This document shows, piece after piece, positions 17,032 through 25,801 of a stretch of 37,230 nucleotides of DNA. Source of the DNA: a virus; IMG/VR virus record IMGVR_UViG_3300025597_000002. One strand, given 5' to 3'. Made by a program: the position numbers and the translations under genes. Positions within the stretch are counted from its first letter, which is position 1, and every line of letters begins with the position of its first letter. The notes under the pieces were generated by a model that made no database searches, was not told the DNA's origin, and saw only the letters and a program-made list of their open reading frames with translations.

Positions 17032-18171
17032 TTAATCAAGCCCCAAGAGCGGTCGCAACCCCGGCCGGGCCGGCTTCACGACCTTGAAGACCTGGACGAC
17101 CTCGAAGGGCAATTTCGAGGTGATCCACTGGCCTTCATGAAACACAGTTCGAGGCCGAAAAACCTCGGCGATGTATTTCTTGCCGGTCTTCGGCCCACGG
17201 ATCGTGGTCAAGGCCGCCTGCCGCGGCACATACCCGCCCGTGATGCCGGCCAGGAAGTAGTGCTTCTTGTGCCCAGACACGGTGCCCCGTTCGCGGAGAT
17301 TGTCCCAGACCCAATTCCCCTTGGAAGGGGCCTGGAGGAACGCCAAAAACTCCTCCGGCCAGACGTCCCGATAACCGTAAACACTCCCCGGAAAACGGAC
17401 GATCTGCCCCTGACGGACCGTCTCCACCCAGAACCGCACATAGAGGATGTGCTGATCCAGGTCGTAGCCGATGGAATGGACGTTGCTTGAGGCGACCTCG
17501 ACCATCTCCCCGGTCACGATCGGGTGATCGACGGGAAATTCCCGCGGCGGCCCGAACCGCATCGGGACCATGACCGTCCCCGCATCGGGCAGCTTGACCT
17601 CCCGCCGCTCCTCGACCCGCTCCTCGATCTGGGCACTCTTTGCCACGGAGGGGCCCAGCCCAAATTCCGGTTGCCGTAAGAGCAGATCGGCATGCTCCCG
17701 CAAGAAATAGTAGGCCGCCCAGATCGCCCGCTCCCGTTCCTCCTGCGGGAGTTTCATCTCCTTGGGCGGGAGGACCTCAAAACCGAAGGCCCGCAGGAAA
17801 TTCATCGCGTCCAGGGCCGAGAGGCGAAATCCCGCGGCCTCGAAGGGAACTTTGCCCAAGGGGGTGAAAAGCGACTCCAGGAGCGTCCCCACCGGCCCCA
17901 TCGATCGCAGGAACTGTTTGACGAGCGTCCACTCCGAGCGGCCGGCATACCGCTCGATGGCCCCGGCGATCTCCCAGACACTCGTCCCCCGCAGCTCCCG
18001 CAGACCGGCCCCCCGGGCCAACTGTTCCATCAACCGCCACGGATCGGCCACCGGTCGGGTCCGCACCGTCTGGAGGAAAAACCCCAGCGGCGAGCGGCGG
18101 AAACTCTCTTCAAGTTCCCGCTGCAAGGCGACGTCCGCCCGACGAAAGAGTTTTCCGGCGTCAAAGGCCAT
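17032..18171 (-). CDS. Head-module protein with a C-terminal KTSC domain
   Basis: SSNVHSIGYDLDQHILYVRF...GSVYGYRDVWPEEFLAFLQAPSKGNWVWDNLR matches the KTSC pattern. ATG at 18171 with AAGGAG 8 nt upstream. The track start at 18201 is a GTG. Confidence 0.55.
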   Translation of the reverse strand: MAFDAGKLFRRADVALQRELEESFRRSPLGFFLQTVRTRPVADPWRLMEQLARGAGLRELRGTSVWEIAGAIERYAGRSEWTLVKQFLRSMGPVGTLLESLFTPLGKVPFEAAGFRLSALDAMNFLRAFGFEVLPPKEMKLPQEERERAIWAAYYFLREHADLLLRQPEFGLGPSVAKSAQIEERVEERREVKLPDAGTVMVPMRFGPPREFPVDHPIVTGEMVEVASSNVHSIGYDLDQHILYVRFWVETVRQGQIVRFPGSVYGYRDVWPEEFLAFLQAPSKGNWVWDNLRERGTVSGHKKHYFLAGITGGYVPRQAALTTIRGPKTGKKYIAEVFRPRTVFHEGQWITSKLPFEVVQVFKVVKPARPGLRPLLGLD

Positions 18172-18197
18172 TTCAGGTCTCCTTTCCCCCGATCCTA

Positions 18198-19724
18198 TCA
18201 CAGCTCAGGGACGCTTCCGGGACGGAACGTTTCCCGCTCCAGGGCCGAAGGTGGAGCGACCACCGACTGCAAGATCAGCCGCAGGGCCATCTCCAGGGCA
18301 TCCGGGCCGTCGTCATGCTCGGCCAGGGGAAAGTCTTCCAGCTCTTCGACAAGGAGGCGGCAACCGGGATTGCGGCGGAAGCGAAGCTCACGATTGGCCA
18401 GATAGGGTCCGATCCGCCGAATTCGCATGAGCTTATTCTCCGTGTTATGGATCGGCCAGACGGGAATTCGCAATCCCAGCCGAGAGAGGCTTTCCCGCTC
18501 CAGTTGCCGCTCGAGAAAGCCGTGGTACTGGTTGGATTCCACGACCATCCACCGCGGTCGATAGACCTCGTAGAGCTGCAAGGCCCGGCGGATCGTATCC
18601 TCCGGAGTTCTCGGCTGGATGTCGGCATCGACAAACAGCAGCCCCCGGTCCTGCGCCACGCCCACCGCCACGATCGCCGTATCGTCGCCTGGCAGATCGG
18701 CCCGTCCCCGCGACGGATCGATCGCCACCAACCACCAATCGGCCGGCGGCGGCCAGCGGTCTTCTTCGATCCACAGCCAATCGCCAAAGTAGGCCGGCGG
18801 CCACTCCGTCCCGGCCGCCTCCGCCGGGTCCTGTTGGTAGAGGGCGGCAAAGGCCCGCAGGTCCTGCCGCCTCGTCCGCTCCAGGGCCTCGGCATCCAAA
18901 AAGGCCGGCCAAAGGGCCTCCCCGGCGGTTCGTGGATCCTCCGGGTGCCGCCGATCCTCCCTGGCCAAGGCTGGAAGCTCAATCACGTCCCACTGATCGG
19001 CGTCCTCTTGTCGCAACAAGCGCCCGACCAAATCGTCCTTGTGCCAGCGGGTCATGCAGAGGACGATCGCCGCCTCCCGCGACCTCCGCGTGAAAAAATC
19101 CGACGTGTACCACTCCCAAATCTTCTGCCGATAGATCGGGCTTTCCGCCTCTTCGCGGTTCTTGATGGGATCATCGATGATTCCCAAATCAAAGCGAAGG
19201 CCGGTGATGGCACCGCCCACACCGGCCGCCCGGAAATAGCCGCCCTGGGGGAGCTCCCAATAATCGTCGGTCCGCTTGAAGCGGCCCGCCAACCGCCGCT
19301 CCGCCGCCGGTAGGATGACATCCGGAAAGACCGCCCGATAATCGGCCGATTCGATGATCCGCTGGATGTCCCGACTGTGGGCCTCGGCCAACGTCGCCGT
19401 GTGCGTGCAGGCGATGATCCGCGTCTGCCGATTTTTTCCCAAGACCCAGGCCGGAAACCGCCGACACACTAATTCGCTCTTGCCGTGCTGAGGCGGCATA
19501 CAGACGATCAGTCGCCGTAAGTTGCCTGTCACCAACTCCTGGAGTTTGCTGGCCAGCAGGCGATGGTGCCAATTGACCTCGTAATCGGGCTTAGTGAAGA
19601 GCGTGAAGGCTAACAGATCACGGCGGGCCTCTCGCAGGGCCTTTTCCCGCAACAGAAGGGCCAGCCGCTGTTTGTCAATCGCAGATTTTCCGGTAGCGGC
19701 GGATTTCTTCGTCGAGTTCATCAT
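18198..19724 (-). CDS. terL: Terminase large subunit (508 aa)
   Basis: Walker A-like MPPQHGKSE, a DD Walker B-like region (LGIIDDP) and a C-terminal nuclease-type region (VAIDPS...DDTAIV...HDDGPDAL). Lies after TerS. Confidence 0.85.
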   Translation of the reverse strand: MMNSTKKSAATGKSAIDKQRLALLLREKALREARRDLLAFTLFTKPDYEVNWHHRLLASKLQELVTGNLRRLIVCMPPQHGKSELVCRRFPAWVLGKNRQTRIIACTHTATLAEAHSRDIQRIIESADYRAVFPDVILPAAERRLAGRFKRTDDYWELPQGGYFRAAGVGGAITGLRFDLGIIDDPIKNREEAESPIYRQKIWEWYTSDFFTRRSREAAIVLCMTRWHKDDLVGRLLRQEDADQWDVIELPALAREDRRHPEDPRTAGEALWPAFLDAEALERTRRQDLRAFAALYQQDPAEAAGTEWPPAYFGDWLWIEEDRWPPPADWWLVAIDPSRGRADLPGDDTAIVAVGVAQDRGLLFVDADIQPRTPEDTIRRALQLYEVYRPRWMVVESNQYHGFLERQLERESLSRLGLRIPVWPIHNTENKLMRIRRIGPYLANRELRFRRNPGCRLLVEELEDFPLAEHDDGPDALEMALRLILQSVVAPPSALERETFRPGSVPEL

Positions 19725-20124
19725 CGGACATCTGCCAGACCGCCATCATGCCCATTCCGCCGGCCGCCTGAATTTCGACCCGCTGCCGATTGAAGACCTC
19801 CGGTTTAAGTCCCTTGAGAAGAAACTCCAAGAGCCGGTCACTCCCAGCCAAGGCCCGCCGGAACGCCTCGTCGAGGAGTAGGTCCGTCAACCGTTCCTGG
19901 ACCTGGGCAAAAGCCTGGACATAAGCCGGAGACGTCTGAAGCCACTCGTAATGACTTGTTCGGTTGACGTTCGCCACTCGGGCGGCCTCGCTGAGGACGC
20001 CACAATCCCGATAGGCCTTCAGGAACGCGGCCTGTTTCGGAGTGAGAATCGCGGAATTTTCGGGTTGTTCCGTGGCCCGTGACGATGATTTTCGTTTCGG
20101 AGGAGACGTTCCCTTTTTGGCCAT
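19675..20124 (-). CDS. terS: Terminase small subunit
   Basis: LTPKQAAFLKAYRDCGVLSEAARVANVNRTSHYEWL is a TerS-type HTH. ATG at 20124, 2 nt after the upstream stop. The track start at 20130 is a TTG. Confidence 0.6.
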   Translation of the reverse strand: MAKKGTSPPKRKSSSRATEQPENSAILTPKQAAFLKAYRDCGVLSEAARVANVNRTSHYEWLQTSPAYVQAFAQVQERLTDLLLDEAFRRALAGSDRLLEFLLKGLKPEVFNRQRVEIQAAGGMGMMAVWQMSDDELDEEIRRYRKICD

Positions 20125-20126
20125 CG

Positions 20127-20423
20127 TCAACTCGACAACCAGGCTGAAAGCGTCTGGGCCACCAGAAGGACCAGAAATCCGGCAATCGCCGAACTGAGGT
20201 AAAGAATGGCCGAGACCTTGGTGCAGAGCCCCGTCGATCCGTTACCGAAGAGGGTCTTCTCCGCCCGGTCCAGCCGCCGCTGGTGATCGGCATAGATGAT
20301 TCGGATCTCAGCGATCCCGGCTTGAATATCAGCCAATTGCTCGTGAAACTGCTCCCGTTGCTGAAGCAGTTCCTTTTGCAATCCCTGGATGTCGCGTTGC
20401 ACTTGTTCCAAGATGGCCTCCAT
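20127..20423 (-). CDS. Small coiled-coil protein with a C-terminal transmembrane segment (98 aa), holin/spanin-like by position
   Basis: ATG at 20423, 1 nt after the peptidase stop. MEAILEQVQRDIQGLQKELLQQ... ends in ILYLSSAIAGFLVLLVAQTL. Confidence 0.45.
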   Translation of the reverse strand: MEAILEQVQRDIQGLQKELLQQREQFHEQLADIQAGIAEIRIIYADHQRRLDRAEKTLFGNGSTGLCTKVSAILYLSSAIAGFLVLLVAQTLSAWLSS

Positions 20424-20424
20424 C

Positions 20425-21219
20425 TCACCAATCCCCTTGCGGATCGACCACCCCGCGGACGGCCCAGCCGTCCACGAAGGGACTGGACCCGAAATAACTC
20501 TCCGGGACCACCGCGAAGCCCCCCTGGCCCCAGTCCTTGCCCCAACTGTTGACGACCTTGACGCCCCATGTTTGCCGGGTGCGGTGATAGAGGAGTCCCA
20601 CACCGCACATAGCATGGCCCCCACCCCCGCCGCGATAGTCGGCCAACCAACCGTCGGCCTGGACCTTAAACTTCCAGCCCACCAGGATGCCCAGATTCAC
20701 GGGGAACCCCAGCAAAATCGCCGACGCCAAATGATCGAAACTCGGGCAGTCGAAGGCCTCCAGAATCCGGAACTTTTTGGCCTCCTCCTTCCAGGTGGCG
20801 GGCCAAGACCGCTGCCGCCACTGGAGCTCCGGCACCGTGGCCGCGGTGCAGACTCCCTCTTTCTCTAGGGCCTGGATCGCATCGGAGAGGACACTCCCGC
20901 CGTCCACGCCGCCGTTGATCCGACCGTAGAGGTTGCCCGGACTCAACGGGACGTGCGGCAACCCCGCCTCGAACCGCAAGACGTGGAGCGTCTGGACGGC
21001 GGCAAAGGCGTTGCAGGCGTTCGTCCCATCCTGATCGAGGACCTCCGGAACGAGGTGGGACAAATCGATCTCAGCCCACTCGTCCCGTGGAATGAGGCGG
21101 ATTTCGGGCCGGGCGGGATCAGACCCGAGGATCGGGTAAACCGCCCCCGGGTGGAGCAGCCGCGGATGACAGCCGAGATGATACTCGCGTCCCTCAATCG
21201 TGACGGTCAGCACACTCAT
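20425..21219 (-). CDS. Papain-like cysteine peptidase, family C1 (264 aa)
   Basis: Q-x5-C (QDGTNACNAFAA), catalytic His context (GGGHAMCGVGL) and NSWGKDWGQGGF. ATGA overlap with the upstream gene at 21216-21219. Confidence 0.8.
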   Translation of the reverse strand: MSVLTVTIEGREYHLGCHPRLLHPGAVYPILGSDPARPEIRLIPRDEWAEIDLSHLVPEVLDQDGTNACNAFAAVQTLHVLRFEAGLPHVPLSPGNLYGRINGGVDGGSVLSDAIQALEKEGVCTAATVPELQWRQRSWPATWKEEAKKFRILEAFDCPSFDHLASAILLGFPVNLGILVGWKFKVQADGWLADYRGGGGGHAMCGVGLLYHRTRQTWGVKVVNSWGKDWGQGGFAVVPESYFGSSPFVDGWAVRGVVDPQGDW

Positions 21220-21923
21220 CGAAAGATCCTCCAGCGGCGGGTCGTCGGTTGAGGTGTCGGGGGACACTGCCCGGTCGGACAGGACTGTTCCCGGTTGGGC
21301 TGCGGCTGGATCCCGGGTGACGGTGGGCCCGCCTCCTTAGTCGGACCCACCACCAACCCGAAGCGACTGAGAAGGGCAGCAAACGACGAGGCGTCAGGAG
21401 GGGCGGCTCCGGCATAAAGCTCCTTCCCGTCCTGGAGAATAAAGACCCGTGGCAGACCGGCGGCCCGGGCTGCGGTGATGTAGGCCGCCAAATCCCCGGG
21501 GGACTCTCCTGTTTCGTCCACCACATCGTCATCCACGATCCGGAGTTGCCAGCCGGCCACTTGGATCGCCTGCCGAATCTCCTTGTTGACAATCGCCGCC
21601 GCCTGCCCCGGAGAACGGTCCGCGGATTCCTCAATCCAGAGGACGACCTTCGGCCCGGGGATCGGCTGCGGCTCAGGCTCCGGCTTCGGACCAGGTCCAA
21701 ACGGCCAGGAAAACTCCTCCACAATCAGTCGCTCCCCGATCAAGGCCGCCACGATGATTTCCGGCTGACCGGAGCGATCAAAGACTTTCCAGGTTTGTTT
21801 CTCGGCGCCGGCCACCCGCACCGCAAGATGATCACCCCCGGACAGCTCAAATCCGAGCTCCCCGGCTGAGGCGGAACCGGTCAGACCGACCGCCAGCCCC
21901 CAGGCAATGAGCAAACGGATCAT
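21216..21923 (-). CDS. Secreted protein with an N-terminal signal peptide (235 aa)
   Basis: MIRLLIAWGLAVGLTGSASA signal-like N-terminus, a Pro-rich linker and a C-terminal CPTGQCPP. Confidence 0.5.
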   Translation of the reverse strand: MIRLLIAWGLAVGLTGSASAGELGFELSGGDHLAVRVAGAEKQTWKVFDRSGQPEIIVAALIGERLIVEEFSWPFGPGPKPEPEPQPIPGPKVVLWIEESADRSPGQAAAIVNKEIRQAIQVAGWQLRIVDDDVVDETGESPGDLAAYITAARAAGLPRVFILQDGKELYAGAAPPDASSFAALLSRFGLVVGPTKEAGPPSPGIQPQPNREQSCPTGQCPPTPQPTTRRWRIFR

Positions 21924-21931
21924 GATTCACC

Positions 21932-22393
21932 TCATGCGGCTTCGATCTCTTTGGCCTTGGCGTCGGCCACCCCGAAGATCAAGACCCCCACGATCTGGAG
22001 GACATCGGCCGCCTCCTTGGCGATCCGCACCGCCTCCAAGGGTGTGATCCGCCCGTCTTCGCGGGCGTCCTGGATCGCTTTCTTGAGTTCCACCAATTCT
22101 TTGACAAGGTCCATTGCCTGTTTCTCCATTTTGCTAAATCGTGTCTTCCAGGCCCGCCTCTTGTGCGGCGGCGCCGTCTCCAAATAACAGGCCAGACAAG
22201 GCAGCCTCACCAGCCGGCGACACCGAGGACATCGGCCAATCGGGCCCGATCCCGGCAGGACCTCACGGCCACTCTCGAGGATGCGTGTCACCGCACTCCG
22301 CGACAGACCGGTGATCGCGGCGATTTGCCGGATTGAGGCCCCGGTCTCACGGAGCTTCCAGACCCAATCCCGATAGGCCTGTGAGACTGCCAT
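21932..22393 (-). CDS. HTH plus zinc-ribbon protein (153 aa), possible regulator
   Basis: ASIRQIAAITGLSRSAVTRILE helix-turn-helix, followed by CPRCRRLVRLPCLAC. Confidence 0.45.
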   Translation of the reverse strand: MAVSQAYRDWVWKLRETGASIRQIAAITGLSRSAVTRILESGREVLPGSGPIGRCPRCRRLVRLPCLACYLETAPPHKRRAWKTRFSKMEKQAMDLVKELVELKKAIQDAREDGRITPLEAVRIAKEAADVLQIVGVLIFGVADAKAKEIEAA

Positions 22394-22402
22394 GTCTCGA
22401 TT

Positions 22403-22771
22403 TTACGCCCCCCCTTTCCCAAAACCGGGACAATCGCCGCCGTGAAGAACCTCCAAGGCCCGGAAATACCAGGTGGCCACCGCCCCCAAATCCCGGATCT
22501 GGCAGAGGACCATGGCCGGCGGACCGGGAATCACGACCAGGGGGATGCGGGCGCCGCACCGCTCATCCGCAAATCGCAAGGCCTCGTCGGCTTGAGACAC
22601 GTCCTCCCGCTGACAGAAACAGAGATCGGACAACGCCGAACCGGGATCCCGGCCCGAGGCCTCGGGGAGATTGAGGATCAGCCGCAAGGCCCGCCGCACA
22701 CAAGGGTGCAGAACATTCCAATCGGATACCAAGCATGGCATCAGCGTGGTGGTGGTCGTCGTCATCATCAA
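22403..22771 (-). CDS. Hypothetical protein (122 aa)
   Basis: ORF track only. Overlaps the upstream gene by 4 nt. Confidence 0.35.
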   Translation of the reverse strand: MMMTTTTTTLMPCLVSDWNVLHPCVRRALRLILNLPEASGRDPGSALSDLCFCQREDVSQADEALRFADERCGARIPLVVIPGPPAMVLCQIRDLGAVATWYFRALEVLHGGDCPGFGKGGA

Positions 22772-23244
22772 CCCTTACGACGTAGAGTTAGAATCAATAA
22801 TCCGTTCTTCATCGTCCCCGTTTTTCGGAAGCCTGCCCGAAGAAAACAATAGCCTGGTACTGCCGATTTTATCTTGCGCGGATTGACGAATGTGAAAATA
22901 TCTGATTCGTGCAGCCATCGCGCAAAGGCCATCTGGCATGCCTGACGCAGAATCTGCGATGCTTTGCGAGATGATTCATTCCGAAAGACCGCAAGATAGA
23001 TCCCGCGGCAGCCGGCAATGGCACGCCCAGACCGGCGAAAACCAATCAGGCAGGTCCACGATGGATCAGTCAATAGCAAATACTGCCCAGGCCCCATGAG
23101 CTTAAGCGGCTTTCGTCCATCGCGATAGCGGCGGGCCGAATAATGCCGGTTGTAAAGTTCCCGCGCCTCCGGCGTCCCGTCGCGAATGCAAATCAAATCG
23201 TCGATCGGTAGGAATAACTGCTTAATCATCGTATTCCTACCCAT
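22768..23244 (-). CDS. Hypothetical protein (158 aa), lower GC than its neighbours
   Basis: ORF track. Coherent sequence (..FTFVNPRKIKSAVPGYCFLRAGFRKTG..). Family not recognised. Confidence 0.45.
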   Translation of the reverse strand: MGRNTMIKQLFLPIDDLICIRDGTPEARELYNRHYSARRYRDGRKPLKLMGPGQYLLLTDPSWTCLIGFRRSGRAIAGCRGIYLAVFRNESSRKASQILRQACQMAFARWLHESDIFTFVNPRKIKSAVPGYCFLRAGFRKTGTMKNGLLILTLRRKG

Positions 23245-23253
23245 TGGTCTTTC

Positions 23254-24036
23254 TTATCGCGCATCAATCTTGATCACCCTGTTTGCCTTGCGATGACTTG
23301 ACCAGCGACAGGCGATCACCAAAGCCCCGTCCTGCAGCCGATCCACAATCGCCGCCCCCAGCCGTTCGTCAGCCTCCTGCGAACTGGCCACGTTGAGCGA
23401 AGCCCATGTCACCAGGCCTCGACTCCAACGCCAATCGACCAGCTCGTACAGGATTGACGCCTGATAGGGAGTCAGGACCCCAATCGGCGGCAACGGATCG
23501 GAAAGGATCAAGACCGGCCAATACTTGAGCGAATCGATCTTGGCCGACTCTTCCCCCGCCGCCATCGCATCCCGCATCAGCCGAAATAATTCCGGGCCGC
23601 AGACCCGCTTGACCCCCAAACCTGATGCCGCCGCCAGTTTGCCCAGGGCGATGAGGAGATGGTCCTTGCCGGTCCCGGCCGGGCCGTAAAGCACGACCCC
23701 TTGCCCCTGGTCGATCCGCTCCCGGAGATTCGCGGCATATTCCCGGATCGCCTTCAAGGCTAGCATCGCCCAATCATTGGGGGGATCAAAGTTCTCCAAC
23801 GTCGCATCCCGATGCCGAGGCCCCAATTGGGCCAGAAACCGCTCCAGCGGGCCCGGCGCCCGGGGAGGTTCCCAGGAGGGCATCCGATCTGGCGGCGGCA
23901 AATGCTCGACGACCTCACGAACCACATCCATCAACCGCACCGGTTCCCCGTCACCAGCCGCGGCTGGCGATGGTGGCATCGTCCGGGTGCCGTTGCCCCG
24001 GTCCGGCGGCCCAGTTCGTCCGTTCTCGTGCATCAT
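23254..24036 (-). CDS. DnaC/IstB-like AAA+ helicase loader. The start may be an internal ATG at 23979 or 23931.
   Basis: Walker A GPAGTGKD and Walker B VLILSD. Follows the initiator gene. Confidence 0.75.
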   Translation of the reverse strand: MMHENGRTGPPDRGNGTRTMPPSPAAAGDGEPVRLMDVVREVVEHLPPPDRMPSWEPPRAPGPLERFLAQLGPRHRDATLENFDPPNDWAMLALKAIREYAANLRERIDQGQGVVLYGPAGTGKDHLLIALGKLAAASGLGVKRVCGPELFRLMRDAMAAGEESAKIDSLKYWPVLILSDPLPPIGVLTPYQASILYELVDWRWSRGLVTWASLNVASSQEADERLGAAIVDRLQDGALVIACRWSSHRKANRVIKIDAR

Positions 24037-24790
24037 GACCTCCTTTCTGCGGTAAAAAGCAGCCCTGATACCCCTGGGCGATCGAGTGGCGGACGGCCTC
24101 GACGATCGCCGCCCCGTGCTCCCTCAACAGCAGCGAAATCTGCTTTTCCGGATCGCGGTAGCGCTTGCCGATCTTCCGTCGGTATGCGAGCCATTCCAAG
24201 ATGGCATCACGAACAGCCGGCGTGTCGCACCCATCCGGAAACACCACCCGCGACCAGTCGAGGGTTTCCCCCCCGCATTTTTGCGGGGGGGATTTATTTA
24301 AGGGGGGGTTATTATTTTTCTCTTCTCTTCTTTCCTCTTCTGTGGTCACGCTTTTGTCACGCTGCGAGCGTGACAGATGCGTGACAGATTCGCAACAATC
24401 GCGTGACAGAACCGTGACGTGAGCGTGGCATGGTCCGTGTCGCCCGTGTCTGAGCCGCGATTGCCTTTCTCGCTCCTGCAACCGCCGCTTCGCGCTGCGA
24501 GATAGCCACCGCTCGAAATTGGGGATCACCAACCCGGTCTCGTCCTGGATCAACCAGCCGACGCCTAACAGAGCGTCCAGAAAACGGCGATCAAAGCAAT
24601 GGATGCTGGCCAGATCATCCACGCTCAGACCGTCGATCCTGCCGTCCGCCGACTCGGCCGCCACCCAAACCCAAAACTCGAGCAGACGACCCACAACCTC
24701 ATAGCGTGACCATTTCGTACGCGCGGCGATAATTGCCACTTCACGCCTGTGCAACAGGTCGACCGACATCGGAATCCAATCGCCAGCCAT
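23951..24790 (-). CDS. Replication initiator / replisome organiser (lambda O-like arrangement)
   Basis: Position upstream of the DnaC-like gene. A low-complexity central linker is encoded by the iteron and AT-rich region. Confidence 0.5.
   Translation of the reverse strand: MAGDWIPMSVDLLHRREVAIIAARTKWSRYEVVGRLLEFWVWVAAESADGRIDGLSVDDLASIHCFDRRFLDALLGVGWLIQDETGLVIPNFERWLSRSAKRRLQERERQSRLRHGRHGPCHAHVTVLSRDCCESVTHLSRSQRDKSVTTEEERREEKNNNPPLNKSPPQKCGGETLDWSRVVFPDGCDTPAVRDAILEWLAYRRKIGKRYRDPEKQISLLLREHGAAIVEAVRHSIAQGYQGCFLPQKGGHDARERTNWAAGPGQRHPDDATIASRGW
24268..24420. promoter_or_regulatory. Candidate replication origin inside the initiator gene
   Basis: 9-bp GC hairpin at 24268-24291. AT/pyrimidine-rich tract at 24292-24341. 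GCGTGACAGA at 24368, 24379 and 24401, plus inverted GTCACGC at 24345 and TGTCACGC at 24355. Confidence 0.55.
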
Positions 24791-24874
24791 GCCATTATCC
24801 CTATCCTTGGTCGCTGGTCCTCAACCGGGTTCCCGTAAGCCGGACGTTCCGGGTAGGGCGCGCCGGAATCTTCC

Positions 24875-25141
24875 TCACACTCCAAGAAATCTTCGCAGCC
24901 ATTTCACGGGCGACGGCAACGCCGCCTCCGCCCGCCGCTCTAAGGTGTCGAGCAGCGACTCCGCGATATAGAGCGGGATCTCGCCGTCCTCGACCAAGCC
25001 ATAGGCCCAATTGGCCCAGATCCTGATGGCCTCCCGTTGTGTGGCCATCCCAGTCCGCATCCCCAGGATGAAGTCGTCCTTCCTTCCCCGGACCGTGACG
25101 ATCGTGTATCCTTTCCTGACTTCAATCGCATATGCTGCCAT
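24875..25141 (-). CDS. Hypothetical protein (88 aa)
   Basis: Internal ATG at 25141 of track ORF 24875..25381. The sequence is coherent from MAAYAIEVRKGYTIVTVRG. Confidence 0.4.
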   Translation of the reverse strand: MAAYAIEVRKGYTIVTVRGRKDDFILGMRTGMATQREAIRIWANWAYGLVEDGEIPLYIAESLLDTLERRAEAALPSPVKWLRRFLGV

Positions 25142-25166
25142 GCCGAAGACTCCTTCATCACACACG

Positions 25167-25415
25167 TCACAACAACCGCGGTTGCTCCGCCGCTGTGGGT
25201 TTGAGGAGTTTATCCACCTTCCGTTCCGCCGCCTGGGCCTCCCGCAAGGCCGAAATCGCCTTGGTCTGAAAATACGCCCGCTGGGCCTGACGCATCCGCG
25301 ATACGGCATCCCGCAAGGCCTCGAACTCGGTTTGCAACCGGCGCAAACGGCAGCGGTAACACTGGCCGCAACGTCCGTCATCGCAAATGGTTATCGTTTT
25401 GCTCATGGGTGACAC
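25167..25415 (-). CDS. Small Cys4/coiled-coil protein (82 aa)
   Basis: ORF track. CDDGRCGQCYRCRL followed by a helical segment. Confidence 0.4.
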   Translation of the reverse strand: MSPMSKTITICDDGRCGQCYRCRLRRLQTEFEALRDAVSRMRQAQRAYFQTKAISALREAQAAERKVDKLLKPTAAEQPRLL

Positions 25416-25581
25416 ATCCTTTGGTCTCTAATTCATTCCGTAAGACCAGAACCGAGCGTGGTGCCATAATCGCCAGTTTGACCGCCGATTTGACCCTCAC
25501 GACCTTCACCACAATCCGCCCATCCCTGGTGTCGATCAGCAGTTTCTCGCCTTCCCGCCGGCTCAAAACGAGGTTCCCCAT
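25378..25581 (-). CDS. csrA: CsrA/RsmA-family RNA-binding regulator homologue (67 aa)
   Basis: MGNLVLSRREGEKLLI...VKLAIMAPRSVLVLRNEL matches CsrA hallmarks. ATG at 25581 with AAGGAG 7 nt upstream. Confidence 0.75.
   Translation of the reverse strand: MGNLVLSRREGEKLLIDTRDGRIVVKVVRVKSAVKLAIMAPRSVLVLRNELETKGCVTHEQNDNHLR
25507..25579. repeat. Left arm of a 73-bp perfect inverted repeat (covers the G of the csrA ATG through codon 25)
   Basis: Exact reverse complement of 27113-27185, checked base by base. Confidence 0.95.
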
Positions 25582-25600
25582 GGCATACTCCTTCCGTGTT

Positions 25601-25801
25601 TCAGTCGTCAGACTCCTGCGCATCCAACTTGCCAAACAGAATCCGAAGTTCGCTTTGGGCCCGGTCGAGACGTTCTTTCGCACTCTTGACGGCCTCTTTC
25701 AGTTCGGCCAGGTTCTCTTCCGCCGCTTGCAGCTCCCGGTAGGCCTCCATCAGGTCACTCAAGGTGACCTCGTCATCCTTCACCATGATCGTTCTTGTCA
25801 T
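25601..25801 (-). CDS. Small coiled-coil protein (about 66 aa)
   Basis: Internal ATG of track ORF 25601..25906. EAYRELQAAEENLAELKEAVKSAKERLDRAQSEL. Confidence 0.35.
   Translation of the reverse strand: MTRTIMVKDDEVTLSDLMEAYRELQAAEENLAELKEAVKSAKERLDRAQSELRILFGKLDAQESDD

Noticed and set aside
24268-24300. Strong GC hairpin followed by a T-rich run as a plus-strand intrinsic terminator
   Set aside because: It lies inside a minus-strand coding gene with no plus-strand gene upstream to terminate. It directly abuts an AT-rich tract and iterons, so it is better explained as part of the origin.
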